DNA from: Hydrurus foetidus
Taxonomy: Eukaryota
Length of the DNA stretch: 57,062 bases
Direction of reading: 5' to 3'
Assembly: GCA_900617105.1 (NCBI GenBank)
Contig: UYFQ01000354.1
Span: 1-57,062, forward strand
The translations under genes and the position numbers were made by a program. Below are positions 52,001 through 57,062 of the stretch, piece after piece (within the stretch, counting starts at the first letter, position 1; every line of letters starts with the position of its first letter). Under the pieces are notes generated by a model that worked only from the letters and a program-made list of their open reading frames with translations, had not been told where the DNA came from and made no database searches.

Positions 52001-55000
52001 TAACAGTTATTTTGACCTCTGTCAAAAACACGAAAAAACCTCCCCGCAAAATTGATTCTCCCGTTTAGTTTTGACCGGCACAATATATGAAAATTTTCAT
52101 CGTAGACTTAAACTTTTTGGATTTTATTTCAGCAAACACTTTATCACGCATTGATAACAGCAATAATAATAATAGTAATGATCGTATTTCAATTTAATTA
52201 ATCATGCAGAGCTACGAGTTAACAAACGGCGGAAGATCTACATCCGAAAGGGTGGAATGTGTAGCGCAATCGACCTCTACACCGACCAACAAAACGTCAT
52301 TACCAAATAAAGCATCGAACATAACTTCGAATTTAGATACTTTTTCTGGTGAATCGGGTACTACAAGTACGAAAAAATTCCGCAAAAAAAGTTTTTTTTC
52401 CGATAATCAGTCACCTGTTGTTGATGATGATGATGAAAATTCAGATGACGAAAAAGAAAGAGGATCCGTGAAAAACAGTCCTACATCTACGGTTTCTGGG
52501 TTAAATCCGTTAAAAAATAATGGTTTGAACGTGGAGGAATGCGGGGGGTTGCAAATGTTACGGATTACTGATCAACTAAAAGTAAAAGAGCAGCACTCCT
52601 ACAGGTACTAAACTATACTATACTATACTATACTATACTATACTATACTATACTATACTATACTATACTATACTATACTATACTATACTATACTATACTA
52701 TACTATACTATACTATACTATACTATACTATACTATACTATACTATACTATACTATACTATACTATACTATACTATACTGTACTATACTGTACTATACTA
52801 TACTATACTATACTATACTATACTATACTATACTACACTATACTATACTATACTATACTATACTATACTGTACTATGAAATGCTTTTCAGTACAATACGA
52901 TACACTGCGATACTATAATAGGATGCAAGATACAATGCTAAATCATACTTAATACTCTACCATACTATTGTTATTACTTTCAGTGGTTAATTATCGATGC
53001 CTCACTGGGGATGATGTAACACTAACTTTACAGAGTACTACAGAACACACATATTCTGTATTCGCATCGTAGCATTTTCTACAGTACGTACTTTATCTTC
53101 ACTGCTGCCCGTACCTCTTCACCCTCAGTGTTTCACTTCGATCAAAAACATTCAATACTCGCACATCAGTTGGTGACACCGTTTATTTCAAAAACCCAGA
53201 AACCCAGATTTTGAGACAAATTTTTGAACATCTGGAATGATTTAGGATCCTATGTCTGGGATCCCAGATAAATCTATAAAAGGGGGGGGGGTCTCCAGAT
53301 TTCTTGTCCAAATCCCAGGATCCTAGAACTTAGAATCCTAAATCTGGGTTTCTGGAGTTTTTGTAATAAACGGTGTCACCCAGTATGCTAGACCATATAT
53401 TAATTTTCCAAGTTGTTAACTTTTTCCAGCACTTTTTAATTTCATTTTCATCTCTTTTATTTCTCCTTATTTATCTATCTTATTATCATATTGAATAATT
53501 GTTTCGTTGTTTAATTTTTGCAGCTCTTCTTATTCGTCTATCTAGTTCTATAACTCACATATTCATGTACACTTTTTTCTGCTAACTTTTCATTTTCTGT
53601 TTAGACCGACCGGTTCCTATCTCACCCCCCTCACTTCTCTGTCTCCGGATAAGAAGAGCGGAGCACACACACCGTCCAATGAACCGGACACCCAGCAGTC
53701 AAACAAGTAAACCGATGTTACTTTATCACTGATTATTCTATGTTTTTTTCCACTTCTTCTTATGATTAGAAGTTGTTTCTCTTATCGTACCGACTGTCAA
53801 TTTCTTCTTCCTCTTTCCAGTATTCGGTATCACACGAAAGAGGCGCATCACTTGGGACAGTGGATACCCCGATCTGCCCTCATTCCCCCCCAGACAGGTA
53901 CACTAGTAATATGATCGCAAGACGTGATGTTGAATAGTTGAGTCTCTTACTATAATCAGCTGTGTTCTGTATCCACTGAAATAAACAATCATTATTAACT
54001 GATCATTTGTAAAGTAGATATTGATCAATATATATATATATATATATACTATACTAAAAAATCGATAAATAAAACAATTTGTAACCAATATGTACTTACA
54101 TTATTTGTCCAGCTGGCGTGCTGCGTACGAACATGCCGATATTCTTCGAACAAGACATCTACTGCCTCGCAGTGGGCCACCACGACAGCGCTCTGGTAAG
54201 AACATTCCGAAGAACATTCCTAAATATGTTCCTGAGGAATATTCTTAAGACATTTTCGAAGAATAATCTTAGGAACATTTTGTTCAGTCACGATAGATAC
54301 ATTATTTATTAGTATTTCTTCTACGTGAAGAAAATTCATTTCAACCCCAATTGTCCCGCCCCCCATTTACCCCAGGGCCAGTGGCCTAGAAGGTCTGGGG
54401 ACTATGTGGAGGGCAAGAGAGACAAGGCAGAAGAGAGTGCGCACGTACATCCACCATCTGTAAGAATGTGTTGTGATGTGATGTGATGTGATGTAATGTA
54501 ATGTAATGTGATGTGATGTGATATGATGTGATGTGATGTGTGGATGATGTGAAGATGGATGGAATGAGGGATGGATGTGATGGATGGATGGTGGATGGTG
54601 GAATGGATGGATGTGATGGATGGATGGATGGATAGATGGGGATACGTGATGTGATGTGATGTGATGTGATGTGATGTGATGTGATGTGATGTGATGTGAT
54701 GTGATGTGATGTGATGTGATGAGATGTGATGTGATGTGATGTGATGTGATGTGATGTGTTGTGTTGTGTTGTGTAGTGTAGTGTTTAGTATTGCATTGTA
54801 TTGTGCTGTGTTGTGTTTGATTAATTACTTGACATTTCATACTTAACATTATCATTATTAACAGCATCATTCTTCCCTATCACGCTACGCACAACACGCA
54901 CATCATTTCTATCCCTTTGGGTCAAACAACACATAGGAACATGTCTTCGACCGACTTTCTCACCAAGCAATCTCCAGCGAAAATAACACTAACGGTGAGG

Positions 55001-56813
55001 AATTGTAAGACTAATTTGAATAAGTGCTTATTGCTCATTTTACGATACCTAATATGATATTGTAGTGCAGCATCCACCTGAACTGATGAGACCAGAATTC
55101 AGTGATGAGTACGATTAAACCCTGAATTATTATTTGATAAAGTACGTCATCTATTCATAATTAATTAATACTTGATGCAATTCTCTCAACAACAAGTCAC
55201 TCTTTTATCCGCCCTTTTTAATCTAATTTTTAGATTTTCGTATAACACCGAGTTCTTACGGTTTTTCATCCAAAAGCGGAACTACTGTTCATTCAGGTAA
55301 ATACGATTATTGTGGTTTACGGTTTTTGTAAGTACGGTTTATTGGGAGTTGAGGTTGATCGAATGAGAGACTGTAATGTGATGTAATGTGAAGCGAAGCG
55401 GTGTGGTGTGGTGTGGTGTAGTGTAGTGTGGTGTGGTGTGGTGTAGTGTAGTGTAGTATAAAATGACACGGATAGAACAGCCCGTTTGAGCGATCACTGC
55501 ATCATCTGCCATGCATATTTATATAATCGCGGTAACAATTGAACCGTGTGCCGTACTATCGTACTCTAGAATGACCACTGAGAACAATTTGTATCACTCG
55601 ACATTCTTCGAATATGCTCTTAGGAAATCCCATTAAGTGCTGATTACTACTTCATTCGTAAGTACACACGTGCGCCTATTCTCATATTGTGTTTTGGTAT
55701 TTCAGGAATTTTGAATTCTTCAGGTCCAGGGTCCGATAGAGATTCCGTTAAGGGAACGGGTGAGAAAGTCTCCACAATTTAATTCATTGTATCATCATTA
55801 CTATCGTTGCTAGTGCTGTACCCACTGTCATTTTTAGTACTCTGGTAAGCAACAATCGCAGTTGTCATATTCTTTTTCGTATCATATTTTTTTAACCTTT
55901 TACATTTTTTTATTGCTTTTGATGTTTATTATTATTATAAATATCGCCTTCATCATTTTTACTGTTGCTACCGCTTTGCTATACTGTTGATTCTGTTTTT
56001 ATTATTTTTCTCAAGACTACTGCTGTTAAGCCTGCCATTATAACTACGATTTATTTTTATATTAGGATCAGCTCATGTTTACCAAAAAGACAAAGAAAAA
56101 GAAAAAGAAAAAGAGAAAGAGAAAGAGAAAGAAAAGGAGAGAGAAAAGGATTGTAGTAGAGATAGAAGTAGTGCAAAATCCACCACACCAGGAACATTCC
56201 CAGGAACTGCAGGCTCCTTAGGAATGATCGGAACAACTGGTGGAGTTATGAGCACTGGAAAAGATGCAGGAAAAGAGGGGGGAAAAGAAGGAATGGCCGG
56301 GACGGGGACGGGGGTAGGGAAGGAAGGGAGCAGGGTTGTGGTCTCAGCTGGAATGGGAGTGACGTCTTTCAAATCCACACTACCGCCCGTATCGCTAGCA
56401 GAAGCGTAAGTACTTAATTGTGCTATTTTATATATTATCATGCTACCCCCTACGAAGTGCCTCCCTCTATTCTGATTATATTTCGTGGATCTGCGTTCTT
56501 CAATTTGATTTTAATTTATTTATTACTGTTATCTCATTCATTCATTCAACTAGTTTAATTGGATTTCATGTAGATATAATGTAGATATATTGAGTATTCT
56601 CTATTACTTTATTTTCACTTCCTTTCTTTATTCGTTTCCGTCATGACTTATTTATTTTCATTTTTCTCCCAAGACGGTTGCATGCCCAAGGTCAACACTC
56701 TGCAGAATTCGGAACTCCCAGAAACGGTAATCAGGGATCCATGAATTTGAGAGACGGAATTCCTTCCTCCGATAATCCCGGAAATAAGGGCGTTTCCGTA
56801 AATAAGGATACAG
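49049..56813 (+). CDS. Large multi-exon gene of unknown function, probably continuing past the window end
   Basis: A chain of open, AG/GT-bounded segments on the + strand (e.g. 49049-49504, 50722-50891, 51312-51395, 52211-52604, 56065-56405, 56706-56813). No family recognised; could be more than one gene. Confidence 0.55.
51201..51311. repeat. 19-bp tandem repeat, about six copies, ending at a predicted splice acceptor
   Basis: (ACCGTATCCCGTACATCTT)n; the last unit ends ...CGTACAG. Confidence 0.85.
51922..52085. mobile_element. Intronic MITE (~164 bp)
   Basis: 25-bp TIR TATTGTGCCGGTCAAAACT(G/A)AACGG; inner inverted pair TTCGTGTTTTTGAC / GTCAAAAACACGAA. Confidence 0.8.
52612..52877. repeat. 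(TATAC)n microsatellite
   Basis: About 50 near-perfect units immediately after a splice donor. Confidence 0.97.
53172..53380. mobile_element. Intronic MITE (~210 bp)
   Basis: ~40-bp TIR GGTGACACCGTTTATT(T/A)CAAAAAC(T)CCAGAAACCCAGATTT; AGT occurs on both flanks. Confidence 0.8.
54468..54785. repeat. (GATGT)n / (GGAT)n compound microsatellite
   Basis: Direct inspection. Confidence 0.95.
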
Positions 56814-57062
56814 GTGAGTGATCAATGGTGTTTTATTTTGGTATTAATTTCCACTTGTAACACTTTATCTCTTTCGACTTTTAATTGCTATTATGGTGCT
56901 GATCGACTTCTGCTGTTATTTGTTTTACTGTCATCGCTATCGCTAGTTACACTTATACATATAATGGAAGTACCTTGATGACTGTCATCATTGCTGCTAT
57001 TCTCATCCCAATGACAACAATCACTACTATTATCATCATTATATTATTATCATCATCATTAT

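Noticed and set aside
54367..54870. 167-aa minus-strand ORF
   Set aside because: Translation of the (GATGT)n/(GGAT)n microsatellite.

Overview
Intron-rich eukaryotic nuclear DNA, most likely a plastid-bearing stramenopile (ochrophyte, chrysophyte-like). The evidence is a stramenopile-type histone H3, a bipartite plastid-targeting presequence, TTTAGGG telomere-type repeats and microsatellite-stuffed GT-AG introns. The first ~6.4 kb is a nested mobile-DNA locus: the 3' half of a chromodomain-bearing Ty3/Gypsy retrotransposon, whose 429-bp LTR is an almost full-length foldback palindrome, has inserted into the last exon of a spliced, Crypton-like tyrosine recombinase gene that lies head-to-head with a stem-loop-type histone H3 gene. 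Between a GT60 GlcNAc-transferase gene and a nucleotide-sugar transporter gene lies a ~3.7-kb non-coding cassette. It contains a (CCCTAAA)n/(TTTAGGG)n telomere-repeat hairpin closed by unique inverted termini, a perfect 76-bp inward-facing TATA-containing inverted repeat, a recurring ~14-bp motif and two MITEs. The remainder holds host genes (V-ATPase S1/Ac45-like, plastid fibrillin-like, VAC14, a eukaryotic bactofilin, an ERGIC-53/VIP36-type lectin, CTF18 and a long unknown gene) plus three more intronic MITEs and tandem repeats. All calls are by-eye motif recognition; no database search was run.
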